Shown: positions 45,558 to 61,117, numbered from the stretch's first letter. The stretch is 64,000 nucleotides of DNA from Gammaproteobacteria bacterium (GCA_038142325.1 JAYQJW010000002.1:872795-936794), one strand, 5' to 3'. Notes: a model not told the origin generated them from the sequence alone. Numbers and translations: made by a program.

Positions 45558-48500
45558 CTAATCATTAAATAGATCTTCGGCAGAAGTTTTAGGTGATTTT
45601 TCAGGAAGTATATTGATTTCACTTGCTATCTCTTTTTCTAACATATCCTCAAATGATTCATTATCATCATCCTTTTGAGAGAGACCTGTTCCACATGGAA
45701 GTAATCTTCCAACGACAACATTTTCTTTTAAGCCTCTGAGTTTATCTTTCCTGCCATTTACTGCAGCATCAGTAAGAACACGTGTTGTTTCTTGGAATGA
45801 TGCGGCAGAGATAAATGATTCAGTTACTAGAGATGCTTTCGTAATGCCAAGTAGCAATAGTTTATATGTTGGTAATACAGCGTCTGGATTATCAGCTTTA
45901 AGTGAATCTATAATCTCAAGTACCTGGTTTTTCTCCATTTGCTCGCCAGGCATAAGTGTAGTGTCTCCAGATGATATAATTTCTACTTTTCTTAACATTT
46001 GTCTTAAGATAACTTCTATATGCTTATCATTTATACCAACGCCTTGTAATCTATATACATCTTGAACTTCTTTAACTAGATGTTCGGCGAGATCAGTAAC
46101 TCCTCTATAAGCCAGAATATCATGTGGATCTAGCTCACCATCAGAGATGATTTCTCCTTGGGTAACACTAGCGCCCTCAAAGACGTTGAGTAATTTAGTT
46201 TTAGCGAGCATCTGTACATGCTCATTACCTTGGTCATCAGTAATTATTAGTCGACGCTTACCTTTTGTTTCCTTACCAAATGATACAACACCAGTTTGCA
46301 CAGCGAGTTCAGCTTTATCTTTTGGCTCTCTAGCTTCAAATAAATCTGCAACTCTAGGCAATCCACCCGTTATATCTCTAGTACCTGATGTCTCACGTGG
46401 CGTACGTGCAATAACATCCCCAATACCAACCTTGCTACCCGCTGTAAGGTTAACAGTAGAATTTGAAGGCAGATGATAATGAGCAGGAAGATTTGAGTTC
46501 GAAAGGGTTAAATCCTTCCCTTTTGAGTCCACTAATTTAATCATTGGTTTTCTATTTTTATCAAAAGACGTACTGGTGATATCTTTTATTTTTATAGATG
46601 TAATACCAGTTAGCTCATCGACGATATTTTCTACGCTTATACCATCCTCGAAATCTTCAAATTCTATTATACCGGCTGTCTCTGTAATGATAGGTGTTGT
46701 GTGCGGGTCCCATGTTACAATATTTTGCCCAATTTCTACTCTATCTCCATCCTTTGCCTTGATAATTGCTCCGTAAGGAATTTTATATCTTTCCTTTTCT
46801 CTGCCACTGTCATCTAAAACGCCTAGTTCACCAGATCTTGAAACAGTCACAATTTCTTTTTGAGTATTTATAACGGTCTTTAGATTATGATATCTAATTA
46901 AGCCCGAATTTTTTACTTCAATGCTGTTTGCTGCGACAGCTCTGGATGCAGCTCCGCCAATATGGAATGTTCTCATTGTAAGCTGAGTGCCGGGTTCACC
47001 AATAGATTGTGCAGCAACTACTCCAACTGCCTCTCCAATGCTTACTTGTCTTCCTTTGGCGAGATCCCTTCCATAACATTTAGCACAAACACCATGCCGT
47101 ATATCACAGGTAATGACAGATCTCACCCAAACCTCATCAATAGCATTTTGTTCTAATAAAGATACGTTATTTTCATCTAGCAGAGTATCTTTAGCTAATA
47201 TAAGTTCATTGGTCTTTGGATTCACTAAATCGCATAGCAATGTTCTACCGAGCACTCTTTCATTAAGTGGTTCAACAATATCACCACCTTCAATCAAAGG
47301 CTTCATTAGTATGCCATTATCAGTACCGCAATCATCTTCTGTCACAACTAAATCTTGAGAGACATCGACTAATCTTCTAGTGAGGTAACCAGAGTTTGCA
47401 GTTTTAAGAGCAGTATCAGCAAGACCTTTTCGAGCGCCATGTGTTGAAATAAAATACTGCATTACGTCCAATCCTTCTCTGAAATTAGCAGTAATTGGTG
47501 TTTCGATAATTGATCCATCGGGTTTAGCCATTAATCCTCTCATTCCAGATAATTGTCTTATTTGTGCAGCAGACCCCCTAGCTCCAGAATCAGCCATCAT
47601 ATAAATCGAGTTGAATGATTTGTGTTCAACTTTTTTACCACCAGATACTTTAGTTGTTTCTGTTCCCAGCTGCTTCATCATTGCTTGGGAAACTTGATCG
47701 TTAGTATGTGACCAAATATCTACGACTTTATTATATCGCTCTCCAGCTGTAAGCAATCCAGAGTTATACTGTTTCTCTATTTCTTTAACTTCTTTTTCAG
47801 CTTTTGCTGTAATCGTGACCTTCTCTTTTGGAATAACCATATCATCCACGCCAATAGAGACGCCCGCAAGAGTAGAGTATTTAAATCCCATGTTTTTGAT
47901 GTTGTCAGCAAAAAGCACTGTCTCTTTTAATCCTGCTAAACGATAAGAGACATCAAATAATTTTGATATTGCTTTTTTATTTAAGTCTTGGTCTATGTAG
48001 GTATAAGGAATATTTTTCGGCAATATTTGTGATATGAGTGCTCTGCCCGCAGTCGTTTCTACTATCTTATTTTTTTGAGTAAGCGCATCATCAATGTATT
48101 CAGTGACATTCATCATAACTTTTATTTTTGCATGCATGTCAATTATCTTTGATTGATATGCTCTTGATACTTCATCGACATCCGCGAAGATCATGCCTTC
48201 ACCTTTACAACCAGGTTTTTCTCTAGACATATAATAAATTCCCAAGACCATATCTTGTGAAGGTACTATAATTGGGCTTCCATTTGAGGGTGACAAAATA
48301 TTGTTCGTCGCCATCATAAGCACACGTGCTTCAGTTTGTGCTTCAACGGATAAAGGAACATGTACAGCCATCTGGTCCCCGTCGAAATCTGCATTAAACG
48401 CAGCACATACTAGAGGATGTAATTGAATAGCTTTACCTTCAATTAATACAGGCTCAAATGCTTGAATGCCGAGCCTATGTAATGTCGGTGCTCGGTTTAG

Positions 48501-49766
48501 TAAAACCGGAAACTCTTTTATTATTTGCTCTAAAATATCCCAAACTTCTTCTCCCTCTTTTTCTACAACTTTTTTAGCAGATTTGATTGTTGTGGTTATA
48601 CCTCTTAACTGAAGCTTTCCGAAAATGTGTGGTTTGAATAACTCTAAAGCCATTTTCTTAGGTATACCACATTGGTGTAATTTCAGAGTAGGGCCAACAA
48701 CAATAACTGACCTTCCTGAATAGTCTACCCTTTTACCTAATAGATTTTGTCTGAATCTTCCGCCCTTACCTTTAATCATGTCAGCAAGTGATTTAAGCGG
48801 CCTTTTATTGGTACCAGTTATTGCTCGTCCTCTTCTGCCATTGTCCAAAAGTGCATCTACGGATTCTTGAAGCATTCTTTTTTCGTTTCTAACTATAATA
48901 TCAGGTGCTTTTAACTCCAATAATCTTTTGAGCCTGTTGTTCCTGTTTATTACTCTACGATATAAATCATTTAAATCTGATGTAGCAAAGCGTCCTCCCT
49001 CTAATGGTACTAATGGTCTTAAATCAGGAGGTAAAATTGGTAGCACATCAAGAATCATCCATTCTGGTTTGTTACCAGATTTTATAAAAGATTCGAGCAA
49101 TTTAAGTCTTTTAATATTTCTTTTATTTTTTGCTTGAGACTTTGTAACTTTTATCTCTTCAGCAAGGTCTTCATGTGATTTTTTTAAATCAATTTTCATT
49201 AATAATTCTTTAATCGCTTCTGCGCCCATCCCCACTTTAATCTCATTGCCATATTCTTCGATAGCTTGAGTGTACATTTCTTCATTAAGAAGACTTCCGG
49301 TTTCATAAGGAGTTAGTCCCCCGTCTATAACAATAAAAGCTTCAAAATATAAGACTTTTTCAATTTGTCTGAGCGTCATGTCCATCATCAATCCAATTCT
49401 TGATGGAAGCGATCTTAAAAACCATATATGAGCAACAGGTGCTGCAAGTTCGATATGACCCATTCTTTCTCTTCTTACTTTTGATAATGTAACTTCAACT
49501 CCGCACTTTTCACATACTACGCCTCTATGCTTGAGTCTTTTATATTTTCCACATAAGCATTCATAATCTTTTACTGGGCCAAAAATTTTAGCGCAAAACA
49601 GTCCGTCCCTCTCAGGTTTAAAAGTTCTGTAATTAATCGTCTCAGGTTTCTTTACTTCGCCATAAGACCAGGATCTCATCAAATCAGGAGATGCGAGTGA
49701 AATTTTTATGTGGTCAAATTTCTTTTCATTGTTATTTTTTTTGAACATATTTAAAATTTCTTGCAT
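45558..49766 (-). CDS. rpoC: RNA polymerase beta' subunit
   Basis: [12 protein letters not shown], zinc-binding Cys motifs and [13 protein letters not shown]. Confidence 0.98.
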   Translation of the reverse strand: MQEILNMFKKNNNEKKFDHIKISLASPDLMRSWSYGEVKKPETINYRTFKPERDGLFCAKIFGPVKDYECLCGKYKRLKHRGVVCEKCGVEVTLSKVRRERMGHIELAAPVAHIWFLRSLPSRIGLMMDMTLRQIEKVLYFEAFIVIDGGLTPYETGSLLNEEMYTQAIEEYGNEIKVGMGAEAIKELLMKIDLKKSHEDLAEEIKVTKSQAKNKRNIKRLKLLESFIKSGNKPEWMILDVLPILPPDLRPLVPLEGGRFATSDLNDLYRRVINRNNRLKRLLELKAPDIIVRNEKRMLQESVDALLDNGRRGRAITGTNKRPLKSLADMIKGKGGRFRQNLLGKRVDYSGRSVIVVGPTLKLHQCGIPKKMALELFKPHIFGKLQLRGITTTIKSAKKVVEKEGEEVWDILEQIIKEFPVLLNRAPTLHRLGIQAFEPVLIEGKAIQLHPLVCAAFNADFDGDQMAVHVPLSVEAQTEARVLMMATNNILSPSNGSPIIVPSQDMVLGIYYMSREKPGCKGEGMIFADVDEVSRAYQSKIIDMHAKIKVMMNVTEYIDDALTQKNKIVETTAGRALISQILPKNIPYTYIDQDLNKKAISKLFDVSYRLAGLKETVLFADNIKNMGFKYSTLAGVSIGVDDMVIPKEKVTITAKAEKEVKEIEKQYNSGLLTAGERYNKVVDIWSHTNDQVSQAMMKQLGTETTKVSGGKKVEHKSFNSIYMMADSGARGSAAQIRQLSGMRGLMAKPDGSIIETPITANFREGLDVMQYFISTHGARKGLADTALKTANSGYLTRRLVDVSQDLVVTEDDCGTDNGILMKPLIEGGDIVEPLNERVLGRTLLCDLVNPKTNELILAKDTLLDENNVSLLEQNAIDEVWVRSVITCDIRHGVCAKCYGRDLAKGRQVSIGEAVGVVAAQSIGEPGTQLTMRTFHIGGAASRAVAANSIEVKNSGLIRYHNLKTVINTQKEIVTVSRSGELGVLDDSGREKERYKIPYGAIIKAKDGDRVEIGQNIVTWDPHTTPIITETAGIIEFEDFEDGISVENIVDELTGITSIKIKDITSTSFDKNRKPMIKLVDSKGKDLTLSNSNLPAHYHLPSNSTVNLTAGSKVGIGDVIARTPRETSGTRDITGGLPRVADLFEAREPKDKAELAVQTGVVSFGKETKGKRRLIITDDQGNEHVQMLAKTKLLNVFEGASVTQGEIISDGELDPHDILAYRGVTDLAEHLVKEVQDVYRLQGVGINDKHIEVILRQMLRKVEIISSGDTTLMPGEQMEKNQVLEIIDSLKADNPDAVLPTYKLLLLGITKASLVTESFISAASFQETTRVLTDAAVNGRKDKLRGLKENVVVGRLLPCGTGLSQKDDDNESFEDMLEKEIASEINILPEKSPKTSAEDLFND

Positions 49767-49774
49767 AACTTATC

Positions 49775-54001
<4,227 letters not shown>

Positions 54002-54070
54002 AAGTTCCTTTTGGTTTCTACCAAATCATGAGACTCAATTTTAATTTGAGTATATTTTAATTGTATTTTT

Positions 54071-54451
54071 TTATTTAAGTTCAACGGTTGCTCCAGCTTC
54101 TTCCAATTGTTTTTTAAAATCATCTGCTTCTTCTTTAGAAACACCTTCTTTTAAAACACATGGTGCTGATTCAACCTTGTCTTTTGCTTCTTTAAGCCCA
54201 AGTCCAGTTATAGCTCTAACAGCCTTGATCACTGCAACCTTGTTGCCACCCATATCAGCTAAAGATACATCGAACTCAGATTTTTCTGCTGCAGCATCTC
54301 CTGCATCACCTGCTGCCGCTGGTGCTGCAGCAACAGCTGCTGCCGCTGTCACTCCAAATTTTTCTTCCATTTCTGAAATTAGGTCAACAACCTCCATCAC
54401 TGTCATATTAGAAATGCTATCTAATATATCCTCTTTACTTACTGCCATCAT
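54071..54451 (-). CDS. rplL: 50S ribosomal protein L7/L12
   Basis: [10 protein letters not shown] and GLGLKEAKD. Confidence 0.98.
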   Translation of the reverse strand: MMAVSKEDILDSISNMTVMEVVDLISEMEEKFGVTAAAAVAAAPAAAGDAGDAAAEKSEFDVSLADMGGNKVAVIKAVRAITGLGLKEAKDKVESAPCVLKEGVSKEEADDFKKQLEEAGATVELK

Positions 54452-54466
54452 TTTCTCCCGATAAAT

Positions 54467-54988
54467 TTAATTCTTTGATGCCTTAATTGCATCTATTGTT
54501 CTTACAAGTTTACTTGGTACAGCATTCATAGTACCCATGAGTTTTTTGATAGGGCCTTGCATAACTGATAATAGTTTAGAAATTGCCTCTTCATAAGTTG
54601 GAAGAGAGGCGAGCTTCTTCAATTCTGCTATTTCTAAATCCTTGCCCTGATAGTTTATAGCTTTAGGTTTTAAGTTTTCATGTTTTTTTATGAACTCATT
54701 GATAGATTTAGCAAACTTTCCAGCATCTTCTTTACCAACTGCTACAATTTGAGGTCCTGTAATACCATCTGCCATTGATGCAAATTGACTATCTTTTAGT
54801 GCCATTTTAAGCATATTATTTTTAACTAACTTAATAAACACCCCGGCTTCACGTGTGGTTTTTCTCAATTCATTTAATTCATTAGCTGAAAGCCCTGTGT
54901 AATCTGCTGTTAAAACAACCTCGGCGCCCTCTAAAACCATAGACATTTCTTTAACAAGATCTTGCTTTTGGGATAAATTCAGTGGCAT
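54467..54988 (-). CDS. rplJ: 50S ribosomal protein L10
   Basis: ADYTGL, VKNN and LASLPTYEEA; between rplA and rplL. Confidence 0.96.
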   Translation of the reverse strand: MPLNLSQKQDLVKEMSMVLEGAEVVLTADYTGLSANELNELRKTTREAGVFIKLVKNNMLKMALKDSQFASMADGITGPQIVAVGKEDAGKFAKSINEFIKKHENLKPKAINYQGKDLEIAELKKLASLPTYEEAISKLLSVMQGPIKKLMGTMNAVPSKLVRTIDAIKASKN

Positions 54989-54989
54989 A

Positions 54990-55691
54990 TTAGCTCCTCT
55001 TCTCGACTGACGATAAGTCTACCCTAATTCCTGGTCCCATAGTAGAAGAAATTGTAATATTTTTCATGTATTTACCTTTAGCAGATGAGGGCTTTGCCTT
55101 ATTGAGATCTGATACAAGCGCAGCAACATTATCTGCAAGTTTATCTGTTTCAAAGTCTAATTTGCCAACTATTGTATGAATGATTCCAGCTTTGTCATTT
55201 TTATACCTGATTTGGCCTTTCTTGGCTTTTGAGATGGCATCAGCAATATTTTTTGTAACTGTGCCCTCTTTAGGATTTGGCATTAAGTTCTTAGGCCCCA
55301 ATATTCTTCCAAGCTGGCCCATCTTCTTCATGCAATCTGGTGTTGCTACTACAATATCTGCATCTAAGTCTTTATCTTTTTTCACTTTATCAATAAGATC
55401 TTCAAAACCAACCTCATCAGCGCCAGCATCTTTTGCAGCTTTTTCATCTTCACCATCTGCAAATGCAACAACGGTCATAGTTTTACCAATTCCATGTGGA
55501 AGTGTTGAAGAACCTCTGACGCCTTGGTCTGACTTTGTAGCATCAATCCCTAAATTTATGCTTATATCAACGCTTTCATTAAATTTGGCCTTTGGAGCAC
55601 TTTTTAATAGCTCGATTGCATCTACAAGGCTGTAATCTTTAGATGAATCTATTTGTTCTTGAATTGCTTTAGCTTTCTTTGACAACGACAT
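54990..55691 (-). CDS. rplA: 50S ribosomal protein L1
   Basis: LGPKNLMPNPKEGTV and SSTMGPG. Confidence 0.98.
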   Translation of the reverse strand: MSLSKKAKAIQEQIDSSKDYSLVDAIELLKSAPKAKFNESVDISINLGIDATKSDQGVRGSSTLPHGIGKTMTVVAFADGEDEKAAKDAGADEVGFEDLIDKVKKDKDLDADIVVATPDCMKKMGQLGRILGPKNLMPNPKEGTVTKNIADAISKAKKGQIRYKNDKAGIIHTIVGKLDFETDKLADNVAALVSDLNKAKPSSAKGKYMKNITISSTMGPGIRVDLSSVEKRS

Positions 55692-56122
55692 TACTCTTCT
55701 ACCTCAATACCCATGCTTCTTGCAGTTCCCGCAATAATTTTCATTGAATTCTCTAAATTTGCACCAGTTAAATCTCCTTCTTTAGTTTTGACAATGTCAG
55801 CTAACTGATCTTTGGTGACTTTAGCAACTTTATTTGTATGAGGTGTTGGACTACCTTTTTGGATTCCAGCAGCTTTTTTTAATAAAACTGATGCGGGAGC
55901 AGACTTGATTACAAAATCAAAAGACCTGTCTTTATATACGTTGATAACGACTGGCAAAGCCATGCCTTTCTCAGCATCTTTTGTTTTATCATTAAATTGT
56001 TTGCAAAAATCTTGAATATTTAAACCATGTTGACCAAAAGCTGGTCCTACAGGTGGCGCTGGGTTTGCTGCTCCTGCTGGCACCTGAAGTTTTACTTGTG
56101 TCATTAATTCTTTAGCAGCCAT
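55691..56122 (-). CDS. rplK: 50S ribosomal protein L11
   Basis: [10 protein letters not shown] and GTARSMG. Confidence 0.98.
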   Translation of the reverse strand: MAAKELMTQVKLQVPAGAANPAPPVGPAFGQHGLNIQDFCKQFNDKTKDAEKGMALPVVINVYKDRSFDFVIKSAPASVLLKKAAGIQKGSPTPHTNKVAKVTKDQLADIVKTKEGDLTGANLENSMKIIAGTARSMGIEVEE

Positions 56123-56652
56123 TATCCTTTCTCCACTTGTGTTAGTGATAATTCTATTGGTGTTGGTTTACCAAAAACCAAAACTGATACTTTAAGCTTA
56201 TTTTTTTCAAAATCAACTGTTTCTACCACGCCATTGAAGTCATTGAATGGTCCATCTGTAATGCGCACTACTTCGCCAGGTTCAAACATAACTTTAGGTT
56301 TTGGTTTATCAATATCATTTTGCATCGATTGCATTAGATTATCTGCCTCAGATTGTTTTAATGGAACTGGTTTATCACTGGTGCCACCTATAAAGCCTAG
56401 TACCTGTGGTGCGCTTTTAACTAAGTGCCATGTCTCGTCATTCATATCCATTTTAATCATGACATATCCAGGAAAGTACTTTCTCTCAGATTTCTTCTTC
56501 TTTCCTTCCTTGATTTCAAGAACTTCTTCTGTTGGCACTAAAATTTCTTCAAATGAATCTTGCAGGCCACTACGTTTGATTCTATCTTCAAGAGCCAGTT
56601 TTACTTTATTCTCATAACCTGAAAATGCTTGCAATACATACCAATCCATCAT
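56122..56652 (-). CDS. nusG: Transcription termination/antitermination factor NusG
   Basis: [16 protein letters not shown] and KOW motif [11 protein letters not shown]. Confidence 0.97.
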   Translation of the reverse strand: MMDWYVLQAFSGYENKVKLALEDRIKRSGLQDSFEEILVPTEEVLEIKEGKKKKSERKYFPGYVMIKMDMNDETWHLVKSAPQVLGFIGGTSDKPVPLKQSEADNLMQSMQNDIDKPKPKVMFEPGEVVRITDGPFNDFNGVVETVDFEKNKLKVSVLVFGKPTPIELSLTQVEKG

Positions 56653-57017
56653 GCTACTCCGTATAATGTGCCAATGGCCCAACCAAGCAACATGTCAAAT
56701 AGCCATAGAAGAATGCCAACTATAATAACAACCACTATTACACCAAGAGTAGTTTGAGTTGTCTCTTGTTTAGTTGGCCAAGTAACTTTTTTAATTTCTA
56801 CTTTTGAGTCACTTATATATGAATAAACTAATTTACCAAAATCACTCTGGTAACCTATGAAACCCGATAAAATGACAACTGAGATCATAGCGAGAACTCT
56901 ATAAAATAATCTTACATCGCTAAAGTAATAAAAAAGAATCATACCTGATATCAAAACAATGATTGATACAATCAGATAAGTATTATTAGATTTTGATTCT
57001 ATATTTTTTTCTACCAT
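56649..57017 (-). CDS. secE: Preprotein translocase SecE
   Basis: EIKKVTWPT motif, three hydrophobic segments; upstream of nusG. Confidence 0.95.
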   Translation of the reverse strand: MVEKNIESKSNNTYLIVSIIVLISGMILFYYFSDVRLFYRVLAMISVVILSGFIGYQSDFGKLVYSYISDSKVEIKKVTWPTKQETTQTTLGVIVVVIIVGILLWLFDMLLGWAIGTLYGVA

Positions 57018-57040
57018 GGCAATACTCTATGTCAATTCGT

Positions 57041-57113
57041 CAGGCCAGGAGGGACTCGAACCCCCAACCTACGGTTTTGGAGACCGTCGCTCTACCAGTT
57101 GAGCTACTAGCCT
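57041..57113 (-). tRNA. tRNA-Trp(CCA)
   Basis: AGGCTAG..TAGCTCAACTGGTAGAGC, anticodon loop CT-CCA-AA, GGTTCGAGTCC; 3' CCA not encoded. Confidence 0.96.
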
Positions 57114-57136
57114 ATCATTCTTAAATCAATGATAGC

Positions 57137-58327
57137 TTACTCTACTATTTTTGATACGACTCCTGCTCCAACAGTTTTGCCACCTTCACGTATCGCAAAC
57201 TTAAGACCTTGTTCAAGTGCGATAGGTGTAATAAGTTCGACATTCATTTTCACATTATCGCCAGGCATAACCATTTCAACGTCTTTTGGTAATTCAATTG
57301 CACCGGTAACGTCTGTTGTTCTGAAATAGAACTGAGGTCTATAGTTACCAAAGAACGGAGTATGTCTTCCTCCTTCGTCTTTTGATAATACGTAAACTTC
57401 ACATTCGAATTTAGTATGCGGTTTTATTGATCCTGGAACACATAATACTTGTCCTCTCTCAACTTCTTCACGTTTAGTTCCTCTGAGTAATACTCCAACG
57501 TTATCACCTGCAACACCTTCATCCAGTAGTTTTCTAAACATTTCAACACCTGTACAAGTAGTCTTTTGTGTATCTCTGATACCGACAATCTCAATTTCTT
57601 CACCAACGTTAACCTTGCCTCTTTCAATACGGCCTGTAACAACTGTACCACGACCTGATATTGAGAAGACATCCTCAATTGGCATGAGAAATGTTTGATC
57701 AACTGGACGTTCTGGAACTGGAATAAATTTATCCATTTCTTCAACGAGTTTCTCAATTGATGGAATACCTATCTCAGATGAATCACCCTCAATTGCTTTT
57801 AATGCAGAACCTGAAACTATAGGTACATCATCTCCAGGGAAATCATACTTTGATAAAAGTTCTCTAATTTCCATTTCGACTAAATCTGATAACTCTTTAT
57901 CATCGACTTGATCGGCTTTGTTTAAGTAAACTACGATGTGTGGCACCCCAACTTGGCGAGCCAATAGAATATGTTCCCTTGTTTGTGGCATTGGGCCATC
58001 TGCAGCAGAACAAACAAGTATAGCTCCATCCATTTGAGCAGCACCTGTAATCATATTTTTTACATAGTCAGCATGACCAGGGCAATCCACGTGCGCATAG
58101 TGTCTATCTGTTGATTCATATTCGACGTGAGCTGTAGCAATAGTTATACCACGCTCTCTTTCTTCTGGCGCATTGTCTATTTGGTCATAAGCTTTTGCTT
58201 CGCCACCAAATTTTTCACCCATAACCTTTGTTATAGCTGCTGTAAGTGTTGTTTTACCATGATCTACGTGGCCGATTGTTCCAACGTTTACATGGGCTTT
58301 ATTTCTTTCAAATTTTTCCTTAGCCAT
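57137..58327 (-). CDS. tuf: Elongation factor Tu
   Basis: [23 protein letters not shown] and NKAD. Confidence 0.98.
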   Translation of the reverse strand: MAKEKFERNKAHVNVGTIGHVDHGKTTLTAAITKVMGEKFGGEAKAYDQIDNAPEERERGITIATAHVEYESTDRHYAHVDCPGHADYVKNMITGAAQMDGAILVCSAADGPMPQTREHILLARQVGVPHIVVYLNKADQVDDKELSDLVEMEIRELLSKYDFPGDDVPIVSGSALKAIEGDSSEIGIPSIEKLVEEMDKFIPVPERPVDQTFLMPIEDVFSISGRGTVVTGRIERGKVNVGEEIEIVGIRDTQKTTCTGVEMFRKLLDEGVAGDNVGVLLRGTKREEVERGQVLCVPGSIKPHTKFECEVYVLSKDEGGRHTPFFGNYRPQFYFRTTDVTGAIELPKDVEMVMPGDNVKMNVELITPIALEQGLKFAIREGGKTVGAGVVSKIVE

Positions 58328-58422
58328 TTTTAAATCCCGAGTTAGTTAAGTTTCAAGTGGATGATATGATAAACCACTTTTATGTCCATTTACACTAAAA
58401 TTTTACTAAAATCAATGAAAAA

Positions 58423-58495
<73 letters not shown>

Positions 58496-58549
58496 AGTTT
58501 CTCAATCACTCGGATAATATTAAAAAGATAGAGTATATACAACTAACAA

Positions 58550-58670
58550 AGGCAGTAAATCATCATTAGGCACCTGTGCTAGCTATGCGAATGGAGCAGC
58601 ATAGCTAACATACAAGCGTCTTTCTGGAGGAAAAGTCAAAAGCATTATGAGCTCTAATTGTGAACGCTTG
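58550..58670 (-). ncRNA. Candidate structured non-coding RNA in the tRNA-Gly/tRNA-Thr spacer
   Basis: GC-richer segment with a 7-bp closed multibranch domain, a 12-bp hairpin and a third short stem; G-U pairs favour the minus strand. Confidence 0.45.
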
Positions 58671-58673
58671 ATT

Positions 58674-58696
58674 AAAAAAAAGTGAAATCTATTTCA
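58674..58696 (-). terminator. Weak intrinsic terminator candidate after tRNA-Gly
   Basis: TGAAAT-AG-ATTTCA-C followed by T8 on the minus strand. Confidence 0.35.
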
Positions 58697-58703
58697 TAAA
58701 TTG

Positions 58704-58774
58704 AGCGGGTAGCGGGAATCGAACCCGCATCGTCAGCTTGGAAGGCTGAAGTTCTACCATTGTACCATACCCGC
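58704..58774 (-). tRNA. tRNA-Gly(TCC)
   Basis: GCGGGTA acceptor stem, CAGC-CTTCCAA-GCTG anticodon arm, GGTTCGATTCC. Confidence 0.96.
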
Positions 58775-58786
58775 ATTTGATTAAGT

Positions 58787-58868
58787 TGGAGGGGGCAGGA
58801 TTCGAACCTGCGAAGGCAGGGCCAGCAGATTTACAGTCTGCCCTCGTTGACCGCTTGAGTACCCCTCC
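58787..58868 (-). tRNA. tRNA-Tyr(GTA)
   Basis: GGAGGGG acceptor stem, GCAGA-CTGTAAA-TCTGC anticodon arm, long variable arm. Confidence 0.96.
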
Positions 58869-58924
58869 GAAAATCAACTTGTGTATATTAACAAAGCATT
58901 AAGTCTATAGCATTAAGTTTTTAC

Positions 58925-59134
58925 TTAATATGGTCGTTCAGGTTTTTTAATAAACCATAAATACAAAACCCATGCTATACCAAGAGTTAAAATAACTTGG
59001 CTGGTTTTATCAAAATTATTTGCGTAAAAGATGAAATACAAAACTACCGTGGCAAACAAAACAAAAAATGACTCGATTCTATTAGATGTAATTTTCATCC
59101 CAAATATTCTTGGGGGAGGACCTAGGGGCTTCAT
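58925..59134 (-). CDS. Hypothetical small membrane protein (2 TM)
   Basis: 69 aa, two hydrophobic segments, ATGA overlap with the upstream ORF. Confidence 0.65.
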   Translation of the reverse strand: MKPLGPPPRIFGMKITSNRIESFFVLFATVVLYFIFYANNFDKTSQVILTLGIAWVLYLWFIKKPERPY

Positions 59135-59319
59135 TTATACTCCATAAGTTTAATAATGTTAGTATTAAGTACATTTATATCATGAGTCTTGACTATATTA
59201 TAGACTTCCTCTACATTCATTCCTGTTTTCTCAGAGATCTGAAATAAGCCTGGTTTACTTTTAAATTCATCAATAATTTTCTTATTAGCCTGATAAAAAG
59301 GATTTATCTTTAATAACAA
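59131..59319 (-). CDS. Hypothetical protein (start uncertain)
   Basis: 62-aa ORF coupled to the downstream gene; helix-turn-helix-like ISEKTGMNVEEVYNIVK. Confidence 0.45.
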   Translation of the reverse strand: MLLKINPFYQANKKIIDEFKSKPGLFQISEKTGMNVEEVYNIVKTHDINVLNTNIIKLMEYK

Positions 59320-59348
59320 AAAAAGAGTGAATAAAGCGTAAACTTTTA

Positions 59349-59765
59349 TTACTGATATGCTTCAACTATTTTCTCCAGTTCTTCTAAATTTTTTTGTTTT
59401 TTTCTATCAAACCTCTCAAATATTTTTAAATAATTGTTGCATCGACTTTTTTGAGAATTGAGCTTTAGCTTCATAAGCTGTGAAACCGTAGCTGATTTAG
59501 TTTTCATATAAGTTGATTGCAATATATTATAATCATCATCGGTAAATAACATGTATTTCTCTTTGAGTTCATTCAATAGACTAAAAAGAGAAGTTAATTC
59601 TTTATCATCATCATAATTTTTTACACAAAGAGAGCTATATCCATCAATACTTGCAGAATAATTTACAAGATCAATAAAAACTTGATCCGGTTGAGCGTTA
59701 ATTGTACTTGAGTAAAGTGGGAATATTAAAATAATCTTAATTATAAATACTTTTGTAAATTTCAT
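59349..59765 (-). CDS. Hypothetical secreted helical protein
   Basis: Signal-peptide-like N-terminus ending INA|Q, two Cys. Confidence 0.65.
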   Translation of the reverse strand: MKFTKVFIIKIILIFPLYSSTINAQPDQVFIDLVNYSASIDGYSSLCVKNYDDDKELTSLFSLLNELKEKYMLFTDDDYNILQSTYMKTKSATVSQLMKLKLNSQKSRCNNYLKIFERFDRKKQKNLEELEKIVEAYQ

Positions 59766-60093
59766 TTATCATATCCTTATTAATTTTATATCCTTTTTTC
59801 GCAAAGTATTCTTCAAATTTTTTAACAAATATATCTCTATTATAGTTCTTATTAAACAAACTTACAGCTTGAGCTACAAATGCCTTAAGTTCCCATTTAA
59901 TGAACTGAGAATTGCCGATATCAGGATATTTTTTTTTGTTTAGGTTAATTTCTATAAGGAGTTTTTCCCATATCTTTAACATAGATGATGACTCTAAAAG
60001 TGACGAGAGTGTATCAAGCCAAACGCCCTCCCAAATTAGAGGGTCAAGATCCGTAAATATACTTCTAACTTTCAGAGGTAAATCTTTATTCAT
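59737..60093 (-). CDS. Hypothetical protein
   Basis: 118 aa, Trp-rich (DPLIWEGVWLD, KWELKAFVAQ); first gene of the orphan cassette. Confidence 0.65.
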   Translation of the reverse strand: MNKDLPLKVRSIFTDLDPLIWEGVWLDTLSSLLESSSMLKIWEKLLIEINLNKKKYPDIGNSQFIKWELKAFVAQAVSLFNKNYNRDIFVKKFEEYFAKKGYKINKDMINEIYKSIYN

Positions 60094-60157
60094 TCAAAAA
60101 ACTTCGATATCATACGTCAGTATTATATCATTATGTCTATAATAACTTTAAGTAATC

Positions 60158-60231
60158 GCCACCTTAGCTCAGTTGGCCAGAGCAGGGGTTTTGTAAACCT
60201 CAGGTCGTCAGTTCGAATCTGACAGGTGGCT
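60158..60231 (+). tRNA. tRNA-Thr(TGT)
   Basis: GCCACCT/AGGTGGC acceptor stem, GGGGT-TTTGTAA-ACCTC anticodon arm, GTTCGAATC. Confidence 0.95.
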
Positions 60232-60252
60232 CATTTAATTTGGTGAGTATAG

Positions 60253-60725
60253 ATGGATAAAATACCGATGACCGTTCAAGGTGAAAAGTTACTCAGAGAT
60301 GAGCTTTCTCAACTTAAGTCAGTTAAACGACCTCAGATTTCAGAAGCAATTAAAGAGGCAAGAGAGAAAGGAGACCTCAAGGAGAATGCTGAGTATCATG
60401 CTGCGAGAGAGCAACAAAGTTTCACAGAAGGCAGAATAAAAGACATAGAAAGCAAATTATCCAATGCCCAAATTATAGACGTAACACAAATTCCAAAATC
60501 AGATAAAGTGATTTTTGGTACAACTGTAGTCGTTGTTGATGATAATAATAAAAAAATCACTTATAAAATCGTAGGGGAAGATGAGGCTGATCTAAAAAAG
60601 GAATGATATCAGTTACATCGCCTATATCTAGGTCTCTTGTCGGCAAATGTGAGGGAGATGTTGTTAACATAAAGACGCCTTCTGGAGATATTGAATATGA
60701 AATAATTGAGGTTATGTATGTCTGA
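60253..60725 (+). CDS. greA: Transcription elongation factor GreA (frameshift at A-run 60594-60599)
   Basis: [12 protein letters not shown] and IVGEDEAD, then [14 protein letters not shown] in the -1 frame. Confidence 0.95.
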
Positions 60726-61092
60726 ACCTCAGAAAAATGTTTTAGGCGAAAAGCTAGAGTTATGTGGCAAAGATCCTATGACAGGTTTTTTACGAGATGG
60801 TTGCTGTAATACCGATACATTTGATAGAGGTTCGCACACAGTCTGCGCAGTTGTGACAAATGAGTTTTTGGAATTTTCTAAATCTAAAGGCAATGATTTA
60901 TCAACGCCTATACCTGAACTCGATTTCAAAGGATTGGTAGAAGGTGATAGTTGGTGTTTATGCGCAGATAGATGGTTAGAAGCTTATCAAAATAATAAAG
61001 CTCCACATATCAAACTCAAATCAACTAATATAAAAGCACTCGAGAAGATTGATTTGGATAATCTTAAAGAATATGCATTAGACATTTCTTGA
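60718..61092 (+). CDS. DUF2237 family protein
   Basis: NVLG, DPMTGFLRDGCC, HTVCA, GNDLSTP and WCLCADRW. Confidence 0.88.
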   Translation: MSEPQKNVLGEKLELCGKDPMTGFLRDGCCNTDTFDRGSHTVCAVVTNEFLEFSKSKGNDLSTPIPELDFKGLVEGDSWCLCADRWLEAYQNNKAPHIKLKSTNIKALEKIDLDNLKEYALDIS

Positions 61093-61117
61093 CATTATCT
61101 GGCGCAATAAGAATAAT
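61089..61117 (+). promoter_or_regulatory. Sigma70 promoter candidate for the peroxidase gene
   Basis: TTGACA (61089-61094), 17 nt, AATAAT (61112-61117), 7 nt before the ATG. Confidence 0.5.

Noticed and set aside
54009-54051. Two small hairpins between rplL and rpoB
   Set aside because: Short AT-rich 6-bp stems without a U-tract; may be an attenuator but cannot be told from chance.
57008-57035. TTGACA promoter upstream of secE
   Set aside because: The matching -10 would fall inside the secE coding sequence and is weak.
58577-58610. SRP RNA, glycine/cobalamin riboswitch or retron msr-msd identity for the spacer hairpins
   Set aside because: Only fragmentary resemblance (GGAGCAGC, CAGGTGCC); diagnostic cores are missing and there is no reverse transcriptase nearby.
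58689-58877. 62-aa ORF
   Set aside because: It is the translation of the tRNA-Tyr and tRNA-Gly genes.
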